From Octopus sinensis (lineage: Eukaryota): a stretch of 64,000 bases of DNA. The notes beneath the pieces are model-generated. The model ran no database searches, was not told the origin of the DNA, and was given only the letters and a program-made list of their open reading frames with translations. The stretch is taken from the NCBI RefSeq assembly GCF_006345805.1, contig NC_042998.1:164858001-164922000 (forward strand). Direction: 5' to 3'. Positions within the stretch are counted from its first letter, which is position 1. Each line of letters opens with the position of its first letter. Of this stretch, positions 1 to 11,524 are shown one piece after another. A program made the position numbers and the translations under genes.

Positions 1-1040
1 AGCATTTAACAACAAGATACGCTTTCGATAAAACAGTTGCTACCGCAAAGCAGGTTAAATAAAATCTGGGATTTTGCGGAGGGTTAAAATTGGTGACACA
101 AACAGGACAGTGAAAACACAGGAAGGGCTGCTAAGTCTAAACGAGGTTGTGGTGGCGAACGCGTGAATCAAGCTTGGACAGGAGACAGACAAGAACATGT
201 CTTCCATGTTCCAACTACAACGGGGAGAAAGAAATACAAGTTAGGAGAGGAAAGATGGCCGATGGTCATGTGGGAGCCACGTGAGCAAGTGTCTAAGAGT
301 GAGGGAGAGAGTGACAAACAGAGACCTGTGAAGGGGAGGGGAAAATTGAAGATAGGATAAGTGAAAAAAACAAGAGGGGAGAAGAGGAGGTGGAAGAATA
401 AGAGAGAACAAACAAAAGAATGATATGATAGAATAATGGGAGATGAGGGGGTAAAAGAATAAGAGAGAGAAAGAGATAAAAAACGAAAGAGTAAATAAAT
501 AGAGTGCCCATCAGAATTATTAAGATAAAACTTACTTGGAAGAGGATGCGTGGCGTTCAAACATATAATAATATAAATAATATATATATATGCATATGTA
601 TACACGTATATGTGCATAGTTACATCTATATGTATATATATATGAATATGTGGGCACAAGACGTCACGAAATGTGTGCAACAAAAATACGAAGTACGAGT
701 ACATGCAATATGAACTATTTTTCGAATAACGAAAGACACATATGGAAAAAAAAAACAACACAGAGAACGACCCTTCGTCAGTTGTTGGCTGTTTTTCTAC
801 TCTTGCATTTCGAGTATTTAACAACAAGATACGCTTTCGATAAAACAGTTGCTCCTGCAAAGCAAATTAAATAAAATTAGGGATTTTGCGGAGGGTTAAA
901 ATTGGTGACACAAACAGGACAGTGAAAACAAATAGGAAGGACTGCTAAGCCTAAACGAGGTTGTGGTGGCGAACGCGTGAATCAAGCTTGGATAAGAGAC
1001 AGACAAGAACACATCTTCCTTGATTCAGCTACAACGGAGA
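1..1040 (+). repeat. About 1.3 tandem units of a ~0.8-kb dispersed repeat (conserved block, GA-rich spacer, second block, (TA)n, third block)
   Basis: 1-205 recurs at 812-1020 (AACAACAAGATACGCTTTCGATAAAACAGTTGCT...GGTGGCGAACGCGTGAATCAAGCTTGG). The same blocks occur reverse-complemented at 30735-31930. Confidence 0.8.
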
Positions 1041-1356
1041 GAAAGACGCCGTGTGTGTGTTAAATGGGGTGATTTTGATGAAGCATTGTCTGATATCACA
1101 AGAAACAGACTTGTGTATAGCCGGAACAGTGCGAGAAGATATGAAGGTAAACTACAAAAAAAGAATGCAAAACGAAACAAAACTGTAGTTTTATGTTACA
1201 TAAGTATATTTCGAGGCTATAACCACTTTTACAGGAAACGTGGAAAAGTGAAGGAAGGTCGTTGCTCAGATGCGGAGCGGGGGAGAATGGTGACATACGC
1301 TGACTGTTTGCCTATTGTAACAATTTTTTTTCAATGTAGTTCTTTTCTATTATTTA

Positions 1357-1507
1357 TGGCTGGTCTGGTTTTGTTGATAAGGAGGGCTTCCATAATTTTA
1401 GGATTGTCTCTGTTGTATTGAGTTACCAAACCCAGGATTTTAAGGTATTCATCAGGGTCACTCAACGTAAAGGGGCAACCTACTTATCAACAAAGTGAGA
1501 CCAGTCA
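1357..1507 (-). other. Long imperfect hairpin enclosing half a hammerhead motif (CUGAUGA plus stem II, GAAA/stem III missing)
   Basis: Arms 1357-1391 and 1472-1507 are reverse complements with several mismatches. Minus strand reads TTGAGT-GACC-CTGATGA-ATACC...GGTA-ACTCAA. Confidence 0.5.
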
Positions 1508-1884
1508 CAAACAACACAAAAGGATACATGAAGCAGAATGGTTATTACAGCAACACAGTCTGCACATATCACCTTCTTCCCCACACATACATGTGAGCAA
1601 CCACCTTTCCCTTCCCTTGCTTTTCAACAAGTCCTAAAAAAAGGGTCATATCCTCCAAATACATAAACATAAGTGAACTTAAACAGCAATTTTTGATGTA
1701 TTTATGTTCCCTTAACTTGGCAGTTCGGCAAAAGAACCGGTAGAATAACCACTGGGTACGTTCGTTCGACTGAAATTCGTCAAGGTGGTGTCCCGGCATG
1801 ACCATAGATTAATGACTGAATTAAGTAAAAGATACGAGATAAAACATGGTAAACAAGTAAAAATTGAAAGATAAAACATGGTAA

Positions 1885-2158
1885 AACGTGGTTTTGTGGT
1901 GGGAAGCTTGCTTCCCAGTCACATGGTGCTAGGCTCAGTCCCATCGCATGGCACCTTGGACAAGTGACCTCTGCTATCCCTCGGATTGACCAAAGCCTTG
2001 TGAGAGGATTTGGTAGACGGAAACTGAAAAAAGCCCGTCTATGCATATGTGTGTGCATGTGTGTGTCCTACCATTGCTTGACAGCCGGTGTTGCCGTGTT
2101 TACGTCCTCGCAACTAAGTGATTCGGTAGACCGCTAAGATAAGTACCGGGCTTAAAAA
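1885..2158 (+). mobile_element. tRNA-derived SINE, family A (octopus OK/OR-like), diverged; an isolated family A tail lies at ~1716-1845
   Basis: Head GCTTGCTTCCCAGTCACATGGTGCTAGGCTCAGTCCC...CACCTTGGACAAGTG...TTTGGTAGACGGAAACTGAA matches the many other copies in the window. Confidence 0.85.
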
Positions 2159-2364
2159 TTCTTCAAAGTAAAGATGGAATGGTCAATTCTGTAACATCGT
2201 TTCTCATTCTTCTCTACATCTTCAGTATCAGGGCTCAAATGCGACTACACAACTGTATTAGCGTTCCTCCTTGTAGATGTTAGCACCATTTCTGGTAATC
2301 AACCTCAGTCTCGGTAGCTTCAGATTTTGGCAAAATGTAACAATGATTTATGTTTGTTTATGTA

Positions 2365-2570
2365 CAGTAATCCCTCGGCTATCGCAGGTGTTACGCTCCA
2401 AAGCCTCCCACAGAAATAATTAAAATCTCAAAAAACAAAAATACCGATCAGCTGCAGAAACCCGCGATATACTGAGGAATCTGCGATATAAATTTACATA
2501 TATTAGCCAGAAACACCCGCGATGTACTGAGCGCGCGATACGCGAATCGCGATATAGCGAGGAATTACTG
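2365..2570. mobile_element. Tc1/mariner (pogo/Tigger-like) MITE
   Basis: TIRs CAGTAATCCCTCGGCTATCGC and GCGATATAGCGAGGAATTACTG; TA on both sides (2363-64, 2571-72); no coding capacity. Confidence 0.85.
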
Positions 2571-3593
2571 TATAGGTGACTGCTTTGTTTTTGTACTGTA
2601 TATATCGCTTCGTTGTTGTTCTGTTTTCAGACTTCCATAATATCTATAAATTCATTGTTTTCTGCAACGAAATTCAATGACAAAATAATGAAATACGAAA
2701 CATTACCGCATATGTATGTACGTATGTATGGATATATACATATATATGACAGAAAAAAATAATTAATTAATATGTATATTTTTTTAATTACTGAATTGCA
2801 TTTTGATAATAACATGTTACTGTTTGTTCTCTGATTTATCGTTGACTCACGTCATGTCACACATGCGCGCAGGCGCACATACACACTCACACGCACGCGT
2901 GCGCGCGTCTCATTCGCTTCCCCGACATTTTTCTATCTTTGGATATCTATCTTATTTTTTTTCTGTTATCATTTTCCTGGTCTAACACTTCTCTCTAAAG
3001 TGATATGTCTTCCTCACTTTTGCCCTCTTCGTCTTCTCCCTCATTATGTGCGTATGTGTGCGTGTGTGCATGTGTGCGTTTGTTCGTGTGCATGTATATA
3101 CGTTTATGCGTATGTGTATTAGCGTCATACTCTCTTTCTGTCAACCATTTTCACCTCATTTTCTTTCAATAATACAAACAGATGCAAGCAATTTACTCTT
3201 ACAAACCCTTTTAAAATAATGAGAATATATATGTCTTGCGTTTTAATTTCGCGGAGAAGGGGATTAATTATTATAATTATTTAGATAAATAATTGCGAAA
3301 CAATCTGTCTACATCAATCTATACATACACGCATACACATAAACAGATAAGCACGCATGGACCTACATATTCAAATACATATACACGCGCGTGCAATATA
3401 CACACACTCATACGCATACATATATATCATATCATATTATATTACATTATATTATTAGATATATCTTCCCATATATATATATATATACATAAACCTATTT
3501 ATTTATACGAGTTTGTGTATAACGATATGTGTATGTGTGCGTGCATATATACATGTATATATGCATATATATATATGTGTGTGTGTGTGTGCG

Positions 3594-3626
<33 letters not shown>

Positions 3627-3705
3627 ATATACATATATATGTATACATATGTACGTATATGTATATATATGTATGTATATGTATATATATGTATATGTAT
3701 GTATG

Positions 3706-3751
<46 letters not shown>

Positions 3752-3863
3752 GTACTATGTATATATATATAGTTTATATATATATATATATATATATGTA
3801 TATGTATGTGTGTGTGTGTGCGTGTGCGTGTGTCTACATGTAGATGTATAATACGTATATGTA

Positions 3864-4761
3864 TTGGGTTATCCCATAAATAATGCGATATTTTATACTA
3901 CTTTTACTTTTCAAAATTAAGATAAGCAAAGTTCTTTTTTAATCTAAAATGTACTCTCCTTCATTTTCTACAATGTTCTTCCGTCTATTTAGTAGGCCCC
4001 TCTCCCAAAATTCACTTGTCCGTGGCGAAAAACACTCCTCGTCTGCAGAATTCATATATTTTCCGTCGAAAAGATTTTGAAGACTGTGGCATAAATGATA
4101 ATCAGATGGGGCAATGTACGGCGAATATAATGAGTGGGGCATCGTTTCCCAATCAAACTGTCCTAGCCTTTGGAATGTCATCCTCCCTGTATGTGTGCGA
4201 GCATTATTGTGATGGAAGAACACCTTTCGTCTTGAAACCAATGATGGTCATTTTTCTTCTAGCGCAGGTATCAGTGAATGGTTAAATGACCATATCCAAG
4301 CTTCTCTGCTTGTTCATCAACAGTTACGATGGGATTTTGTTCCACCAGGGTTTGAGGGATGTCCTCGTCGAGCTCTACAGATCTTCTAGGATGAGGCTCG
4401 TCTTCTAAACTGTAGTTTTCGGCTCGGAATTTCTGGAACCACCACTGACACTGACTTACGCTTATTGTCCGATCTCCATATACTGCATTAATATTCCTCG
4501 CACTTTCCATTGCGTTGTTGCTTTTATTGAACTCATAAAGCAAAATATACCGAATATGCTTTTTTGTCACTTCCATTATAGCTTTGAAAATATAACTGTT
4601 AAAATCGAACTGCACTCTCCAAAACTTGCATTATGAATAAGTACAAGGTACAATTACAACCTGCTTTTATAACAAGTTGATGCAGGTAGTTTATCCTGTC
4701 CCCACTCCGACTTTTAGTACATGCAACTGAAAATAACCGCATTATTTATGAGATGACCCAA
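3864..4761 (-). mobile_element. Internally deleted mariner transposon with both TIRs
   Basis: TIRs TTGGGTTATCCCATAAATAATGCG (3864) and CGCATTATTTATGAGATGACCCAA (ends 4761), TA on both sides. Transposase N- and C-terminal fragments lie inside. Confidence 0.93.
3939..4576 (-). pseudogene. Mariner transposase remnant
   Basis: MEVTKKHIRYILLYEF...WFQKFRAENYSLEDEPH (HTH region) is joined directly to SRRKVFFHHNNARTH...HSLYSPYIAPSDYHL (decayed HDNARPH and YSPDLAPSDY motifs). The WVPHEL linker and first catalytic Asp are absent; stops and frameshifts are present. Confidence 0.92.
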
Positions 4762-4823
4762 TACATGTAACTATATAATAAATATATATATATGTAGATA
4801 TATACGTATATATAAATATGTAT

Positions 4824-4868
<45 letters not shown>

Positions 4869-4895
4869 CAGATATGTGTGAGTGTGTGTGTCTCG

Positions 4896-4926
<31 letters not shown>

Positions 4927-5056
4927 GTGTGTGTGTATGAGCCAAAACGAAGACATTTGAAATATACCCCCAAATATAATTGATAGAACTGTATACATGT
5001 TCTCTCTCGGGGGGACGTCTAGTGTATAGTTCTGTAAATTATATTTTTCGATGACG

Positions 5057-5122
5057 GTCATACTGATGATTTGCAGACGTTTACGTAATGTAAATAGTAA
5101 CTATGAAATCTAGGTATGTGAC
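5057..5122 (+). ncRNA. Putative type I hammerhead ribozyme
   Basis: GUCAUA-CUGAUGA-(35 nt, weak stem II)-GAAA-UCUAGG-U-A-UGUGAC: 6-bp stem I, canonical core, near-palindromic stem III (AUCUAGGU), GUA cleavage triplet. Confidence 0.65.
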
Positions 5123-5474
5123 TTATCACTAAATTTTGTATCTTTTCATTTGTCTTGCTCGCTTTACGTTCTGGCGTTTGCCGAAATTTCTTGAGAACAA
5201 TTAGTGGTCAGACCACATGGGGTCTACCTTTACCATATTAGGAATCCACCTAGTGGTCATTCCTCTTATATGTATGTAATATAATTTTTCTAAATCTTAG
5301 GATATGTTTAAATATGCTAGGCCACTGGTTTAAATTGATGTTAATTTAATTAATATTAATTTTTACCCTCATTATTTAAATTCATATATATATATGCACG
5401 TGTATATATATTGGCATACATATATACATATATATTGAGAGAAGCATGTATGTATATTTATATATATGTATGTA

Positions 5475-5517
<43 letters not shown>

Positions 5518-6246
5518 GTATATGTATATATAGGTATATATACATATATACGTATATATGCATATTTACATATATGTATACGTATATATATGCACGTATA
5601 CAAGTATATACACTTATGCATATACGCGAACGCGTGTGCATATGTGTATACATATATGAATATCATCTGCATAAATATTGCAGTATAATCATGATCTGAG
5701 TTGTCTTAAGGCATGGGTACACTGGATAGTTGTCCAGGGACCCAAGGGGTCTATGATCCAATCTCTTATTTATGTTTGTTGTGATTTGTTGTCAATAAGT
5801 ATAAACTATTAGGCCCAATTCATTGATTTGCTCACAGGCATATAATGCTAAGACGCTCTCGCTATAACTAGAATGTGTTTGATTTCAAGTCTGCTCTATC
5901 AGAGACTACTTAGTGTTAAACAACACCAATAGTCTTCAGCATACGAAGATTTGTGAACCAATTCATAAGTGTTGTTATTTTTATCGCTTCTGCTTTGCTC
6001 TGTAACTTAACGAAGTGACCTAATAGGTGCATTTACTATACACTAAAATATTTCAAAGAAATGCCGAAAAGAAGAGCGAAGATCGAACATTTGCAGTGTA
6101 ATAAACTCAGTAGAAAACTTAATTGAATAAGATCAACATCAATTTTAATTGAAGAGTAGTTAAAATTATGATCGAACTTCAAAAGAGATACAAAACGCAC
6201 TCCAAAACTATAAAATCTATTTTGATGCAGTATTTATAAATTCGCG

Positions 6247-6441
6247 TAAGGCGGTGAGCGGGAGGAATCGTTAGCACGCCGAACAAAACGCTTAGCAGCA
6301 TTTTGTCCGTCTTTACGTTCTGATTTCAAATTCCGCCGAAGTCAACTTTGCTTTTCATTCTTTCGGGGTCGATAAAGTAAATACAAGTTAAGTACTAGGG
6401 GTCAATATAATCGACTAGCCCTCTCTTCACAAATTTCAGGC
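6247..6441 (+). mobile_element. tRNA-derived SINE, family B
   Basis: GGCGGTGAGC...CGTTAGCACGCC...TTCAAATTCCGCCGAAGTCAACTTTGCTTTTCATTCTTTCGGGGTCGATAAA, shared with 10187, 27222, 38558 and 46101. Confidence 0.85.
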
Positions 6442-7071
6442 ATCATACCTGTAGTAGAAAAAAGGTTTGTCTGAAGCAATCATGACCGGGAATGAATACC
6501 AGAAAATGATACTAGCATCTTCAAGGAGCATCGCTAACACTGTTGTATAGTGGCTTTGAGCTTTGATTGTGAAGATGTAGAGAAGTATGAGAAATGTTGT
6601 TACAGAATTGACCATTCTATCTTTACTTTGTGATGAAGTATTCGCCTAAGAAAATATTGAAAATTATTCAGGCCCACATTGATTAAATATTCATGCTGAT
6701 ATCAGCCATATATATGTTAAAAAGCCTGACTAGGTGGGATTTTTTCTTTTAAATCATTGTCAGGAAGATTGCCAGATATAGAATATCTATTCCTCACATT
6801 GGCAAAAGGTCACATATTTTCTTAGAGAGAAGGACACAGATATGTTTATTGTTTCAGTCATTGAATTATAGCCATATTAGGGTACCCTGTCGAAGGGTTT
6901 TACTCGAATAAAAGTACCCTATTATTTATTTCAAAATCTGCTACTTATTCCATCCGTTTCTTTTTTTTTTCTGCTAAACTGCTATTTAAAGGAACATAAA
7001 CAAAACAGCAACGGTTGTCAAGTGATGGTGGAATACAGGCCCACAGACACGCATACACACACACACAAAGA

Positions 7072-7111
<40 letters not shown>

Positions 7112-7367
7112 GTGTGGTTGTGCAACTGTGTATAGGTGTATATTTATATGTGTATATATATGTACGTATATGTAATTATATACATGTGCATAAATATATA
7201 TATATGTATATGTATGTATGTATGTATTTATATGCATGTATATACATTTATATATATATATATATACGCGCGTGAACCGTCTAAGAGAACATAAGTCAGG
7301 GAAAAGATGCACTCATATATCTATCAGTAGAGTGTGTATTTTATCTGAAATGCATAGTATTAAATAT

Positions 7368-7473
7368 CCATCACGAGTGGTCTTACCAGCCGGTTTCGCA
7401 TAAACAATACAATGGAGTGTTAGATAACGAACCGATTATATAACTTTACGCTCATCAGAGTTAGCCGATATGG
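7368..7473 (-). ncRNA. Putative extended type I hammerhead ribozyme with intact core
   Basis: CCAU-AU-CGGCU-AA-CU-CUGAUGA-GCGUAAA...UUUAUGC-GAAA-CC-GGCU-GG-U-A-AG-ACC-ACUCG-UG-AUGG: 7-bp stem II, 3-bp stem III with tetraloop, GUA site. Confidence 0.75.
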
Positions 7474-7566
7474 AAGGGAATATGGCAGCTTGTTGAATAT
7501 CCCAGGTTGTAATATTCTAAATCTATGAAGGATGTATAAAGAATATTATAATCGTCATATACCCTC

Positions 7567-7672
7567 CCATATCGGCTAACTCTGATGAGCATAAAGCTGT
7601 TTAATTGGTTTGTTACCTAACATTCCATTATATTCTTTACGCGAAACCGATTTGTAAGAACAGCCGTAATGG
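7567..7672 (+). ncRNA. Putative extended type I hammerhead ribozyme, inverted partner
   Basis: CCAU-AU-CGGCU-AA-CU-CUGAUGA-GCAUAAAG...CUUUACGC-GAAA-CC-GAUU-UG-U-A-AG-AAC-AGCCG-UA-AUGG; one mismatch each in stems II and III. Confidence 0.72.
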
Positions 7673-7988
7673 ATATTTATTACTATACAAATCGGATAAT
7701 ATATATATATAAGGATTCAGATAGAATCGGGTACTCGAAAAGATAAGCACTAGGTAGGGTTGGATAATCATGTGGTCATCCCCTATGGTTGATAAATATC
7801 AGATAAAATACTCTGGTCCAAAGCACACGTTAAGTTGGTTGTACATTCTTAGCATACTTCAGGGTGTCCGACGTAGTGTAAATCCCGATGGTGTATTAGG
7901 TGTATTATTTGATTATATATATATTCCTTTGATTATTCTCTTTCTCTTTCTCTCTCACTTTCTTCTCTCTCGCTCTCTGTTATATTAT

Positions 7989-8033
<45 letters not shown>

Positions 8034-8547
8034 GTACAGGCTTCCACACAGTTTCCGTCAACCAAATTCCCGCATAAGTTATTGATCAGCCCTGGACACT
8101 TTACCAAGATGCCGATCGGTGGAACTGAATACAAAACGAACTTCTTAAACACATAGCCATCCCTTAAACACGCTTCTTAACCACATAGCCATCCCTGTAC
8201 CCATATTAAATATACTTCCTTTTGTGCAAGACGATTTACAGTAGGGTGAGGAAAGAATCTAAAAAGAAAAGCGGAAGAAAATAGTGAAAGTAAATAAAGA
8301 GCGTTACTATCAGCGCACATATTGAAATATATACATATATATTGTCTCCCGACACAATTTATATTTCTGCTATTTCAAGCTGGATTTTAAAGTTATGAGT
8401 TACGGTTAGAGTTTAAAGATTAAGATGAAAATAACACTTTAAAGAAGATGCTCGAAATTTTTTTGTAGAAATGTAATTTACAATGTTTAAAGAATCGACT
8501 GCAAAGAAAATTTCTTTTTAATTAATTTAAAATTTTACCAGTTGTTG

Positions 8548-8613
<66 letters not shown>

Positions 8614-8637
8614 CTCCCTATATATATTATGTATGTA

Positions 8638-8798
8638 TAGGTGTGACTCTGTGGTAAGACGCTTGATTCCCGACCACATGGTTTGGGGTTCAGTGCCACT
8701 GCGTAGCACCTTAGGCAAGTGCCTTCCACTATAGTCTCGGCCGACCAAAGCCTTGTAAGTATATTTGGTAGTCGGAAACTGAAAGAAGCCCGTTGTAT
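8638..8798 (+). mobile_element. SINE family A head/body; a degraded minus-strand copy lies at ~8032-8202
   Basis: GTGGTAAGACGCTTGATTCCCGACCACATGG...CACCTTAGGCAAGTG...GGAAACTGAAAGAAGCCCG. Confidence 0.85.
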
Positions 8799-9103
8799 GC
8801 GCGCGTGTGTGTATGTGTTAAATTTAGCAAAATTTTCGTTTGTGGTTATTTTCAAGCACAAACCGCTTCGTTTCTAAAACTTGGTAGTTCTTTCTTTTCT
8901 TATGAAATTAATGTGTCAACTTTGCGATAATCAATGAAATTTCGTATCCGATAAGTAGACATAACTGTCAGCTTAAGCAAAAACGCGAGGAGAGAGTTGG
9001 CGTAGAACAAACGGGCCATCATCTTGTGACAAAAGAAATACTGCGTCAAGATGAAGGCGTTAAGGCGTTAGCCAGACATGCTGTTCTCATCCTTGACCCC
9101 ACT

Positions 9104-9189
<86 letters not shown>

Positions 9190-9754
9190 ACATACACACT
9201 GCTATTGTCTAGCTTTCTTTCTCTCGATAGAATCAGATACACCTTCCAGAGAGAATCGTCCGAAGAACTGCTAAGCTGGGTCAACCACTCCTGCTTCCTT
9301 GTATTGCCTTCAGAGTGGCTTGAATTCTTTCCTAAATTACTCATTGGACAGGAGGTTCGACTGATAGGACAAATTTGGCAAGATTTGACTCAAATCCCTC
9401 AACAGCAATGCACTCTATACTGCTAATCATAGTTTTTAGTCGGCACTCCTCGAAACCTCTCGCAGACCCTTCCAAGATTCGGTCTATGTCATGAACAAAC
9501 TGCTATCACCCAGATCACTTTGTAGATTAGTATAATTTTCTTCTCAGTTGGAGCACAATGGGCAACTGGCAGTGCGTCGCTGAAGGGCTCCCGTTATATT
9601 GGTTTTCCTCCAGGTCTTATACATACATGCACACACACATGCACACACGTACACACACACACACGTACACACCACACACACGTACACACACACCCACACA
9701 CACACACCACACACACTCAAAGGTAAAGACTCCCTTGAGCCATGAATGAACATG

Positions 9755-10062
9755 GGATTGCCCCTGAAATGTTACCCTCCGAGGTACAAGTCCATGCAAG
9801 GTTGCTTATGGAAGACCAGCAGTCGCTCATGCATACCAACCTCCCTTCTTCACGCCACCAATGCTATCCAAGGGAAATGCAGAGGGCTGACACAGCTTGA
9901 CACCCGTGACGTCACAACTCATATCTACAGCTGAGTGGAGCGGTGCAACGTGAAATAAAATGTCTCGTTCAAGAACACAATACACAGCCCTGTCCGGGTA
10001 TCGAATTCACTACCTCATGATTGTGAGCCCGATTCTCTAACCACTGATCCATGCGCCTTCAC
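9755..10062 (-). mobile_element. tRNA-derived SINE, family D (CORE-like central segment)
   Basis: Minus strand GAAGGCGCATGGATCAGTGGTTAGAG...GAATTCGATACCCGG...TGTGTTCTTGAACGAGACATTTTATTTCACG; A- and B-box-like motifs; homologous to 17625-17951. Confidence 0.8.
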
Positions 10063-10122
10063 ACACTCACACACATACACACACACGCGCACACACACAC
10101 AGACACACACACACACACAACA

Positions 10123-10186
<64 letters not shown>

Positions 10187-10416
10187 TTCTTTATTACCCA
10201 CAAGGGGCTAAACGTAGAGGGGACAAACAAGGACAGACAAACGGATTAAGACGATTACATCGACCCCAGTGCTTAACTGGTACTTAATTTATCGACCTCG
10301 AAAGGATGAAAGGCAAAGTCGACCTCGGCGGAATTTGAACTCAGAACGTAGCGGCAGACGAAATACGACTACGCATTTCGCCCGGCGTGCTAACGGTTCT
10401 GCCAGCTCGCCGCCTT
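10187..10416 (-). mobile_element. SINE family B, near full length
   Basis: High similarity to 27222-27456 and 38558-38736. Confidence 0.9.
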
Positions 10417-10447
<31 letters not shown>

Positions 10448-10649
10448 ATATACATATATATACATTATGATTTCGTTTAGGCATGACGATAGAAATAACC
10501 AGTTGTTAGAACATCAGCATACTTAGGCTTCAGAGTAAAACGTCAGAAGAGTACAGGGCGTAAATCATTTAACGAAAGGCAAAAGATCAGGAATTACGTA
10601 ATCACTTTCATTAGCTCTGAGTGCGGTGATTGTTATAACGGAAACAGCT

Positions 10650-10787
10650 ATGTATGTATGTATGCATGTATGTGTGTATGTATGTATGTATGTATGTATG
10701 CATGTATGTATGTATGTATGTATGTATGTATGTATGCATGTATGTATGTATGTATGTATGTATGTATGTATGTATGTATGTATGTAT
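10650..10787. repeat. (TATG)n microsatellite
   Basis: Seen directly. Confidence 0.95.
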
Positions 10788-11524
10788 AACATTAAACTGC
10801 ATCCGGTGGTGAGGCTCCAGTCTAGGAGTTCTAAAGCTGTAGGGAGCATAGAGTCACCCTTAGTTACCATTACTCACAGGTCCGTTCTGAGCCGGAACGG
10901 TACTCGCTGCCAGGGTCCCATCTATGGGCTAAATAGATTTCCCAGAAGTAGAGGAGGCTATTGTTATTTTTGACAAAGGAGAAAGATACCCTGATATAAA
11001 GCATGGAATCAAAATAGTACCAGTCATCATGTAACGCTTGTCATTGGAACCTACTATGGTGGCCGAGAGAGTGGCAAAAATGTTGCACAAGTTTTTGTCA
11101 CTTTATATCCAATGAGGAACAGACGTTTTACTTTAATTTCAGTTCCTGATCTGTTTTATATTTTGATAAAGTCCTAAGGCGATCGATGCGTGGCGACGTG
11201 TAAAGTCATATCTGTGCACATGCAAGTTTGAAAGTAAATCAGAACACTCGAGCTGAATGTCAGACGGTTGCCATCTGACAGGATGAGGCAATTATCATGT
11301 GTGTTCTCTTTTTCGCTTTAATTTAAGGTGAAGTATGACAAGCCACCTACTTGATAGCAAGGCCGTGAAGGAAAGTATCTTATTTTAACGATCATCTTTA
11401 AATCTTAAGAAGGTTTTGCAAGTTTTTATAGTCTCAGATTTTGTGATCGTTTGTAGCATAGGAATTAAGGACTTGCATTCTCACCCGAAGATCCCAAGTT
11501 CAGCCGTACTTTCACCATCAATGT

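Larger units (their letters stand above)
7341..7699. repeat. Foldback: ~145-bp inverted arms (7341-7484 / 7556-7699) with ~70-bp spacer, each arm carrying a hammerhead
   Basis: Base-by-base comparison shows the arms are reverse complements with scattered mismatches. Confidence 0.9.

Noticed and set aside
2165-2226. ~60-bp sequence repeated in inverted orientation at ~6570-6630, containing CTGAAGA...GAAACG
   Set aside because: A real repeat, but with no stem II pairing; treated as a small unclassified repeat fragment.
3293-3843. Long Y/I/C/V/M-rich ORFs here and at ~15200-16330, 26155-26710, 41900-42600, 48300-48900, 52870-53610 and 62070-62900
   Set aside because: They are translations of (TA)n, (CA)n, (GATA)n and (TAT)n tracts, which lack stop codons in some frames; no protein signal.
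5903-5936. 15-bp hairpin AGACTACTTAGTGTT/AACACCAATAGTCT overlapping TCTTCAG
   Set aside because: The hairpin consumes the would-be core and no GAAA follows; no function can be supported.
9200-9600. Complex-looking segment with short ORFs (9087-9344, 9205-9426)
   Set aside because: No recognisable domain; probably the 5' part of an unidentified retroelement, not assignable by eye.
10615-10650. CTGAGTG...GAAACAGCT possible hammerhead
   Set aside because: Non-canonical core, poor stem II, and truncated by (TATG)n.
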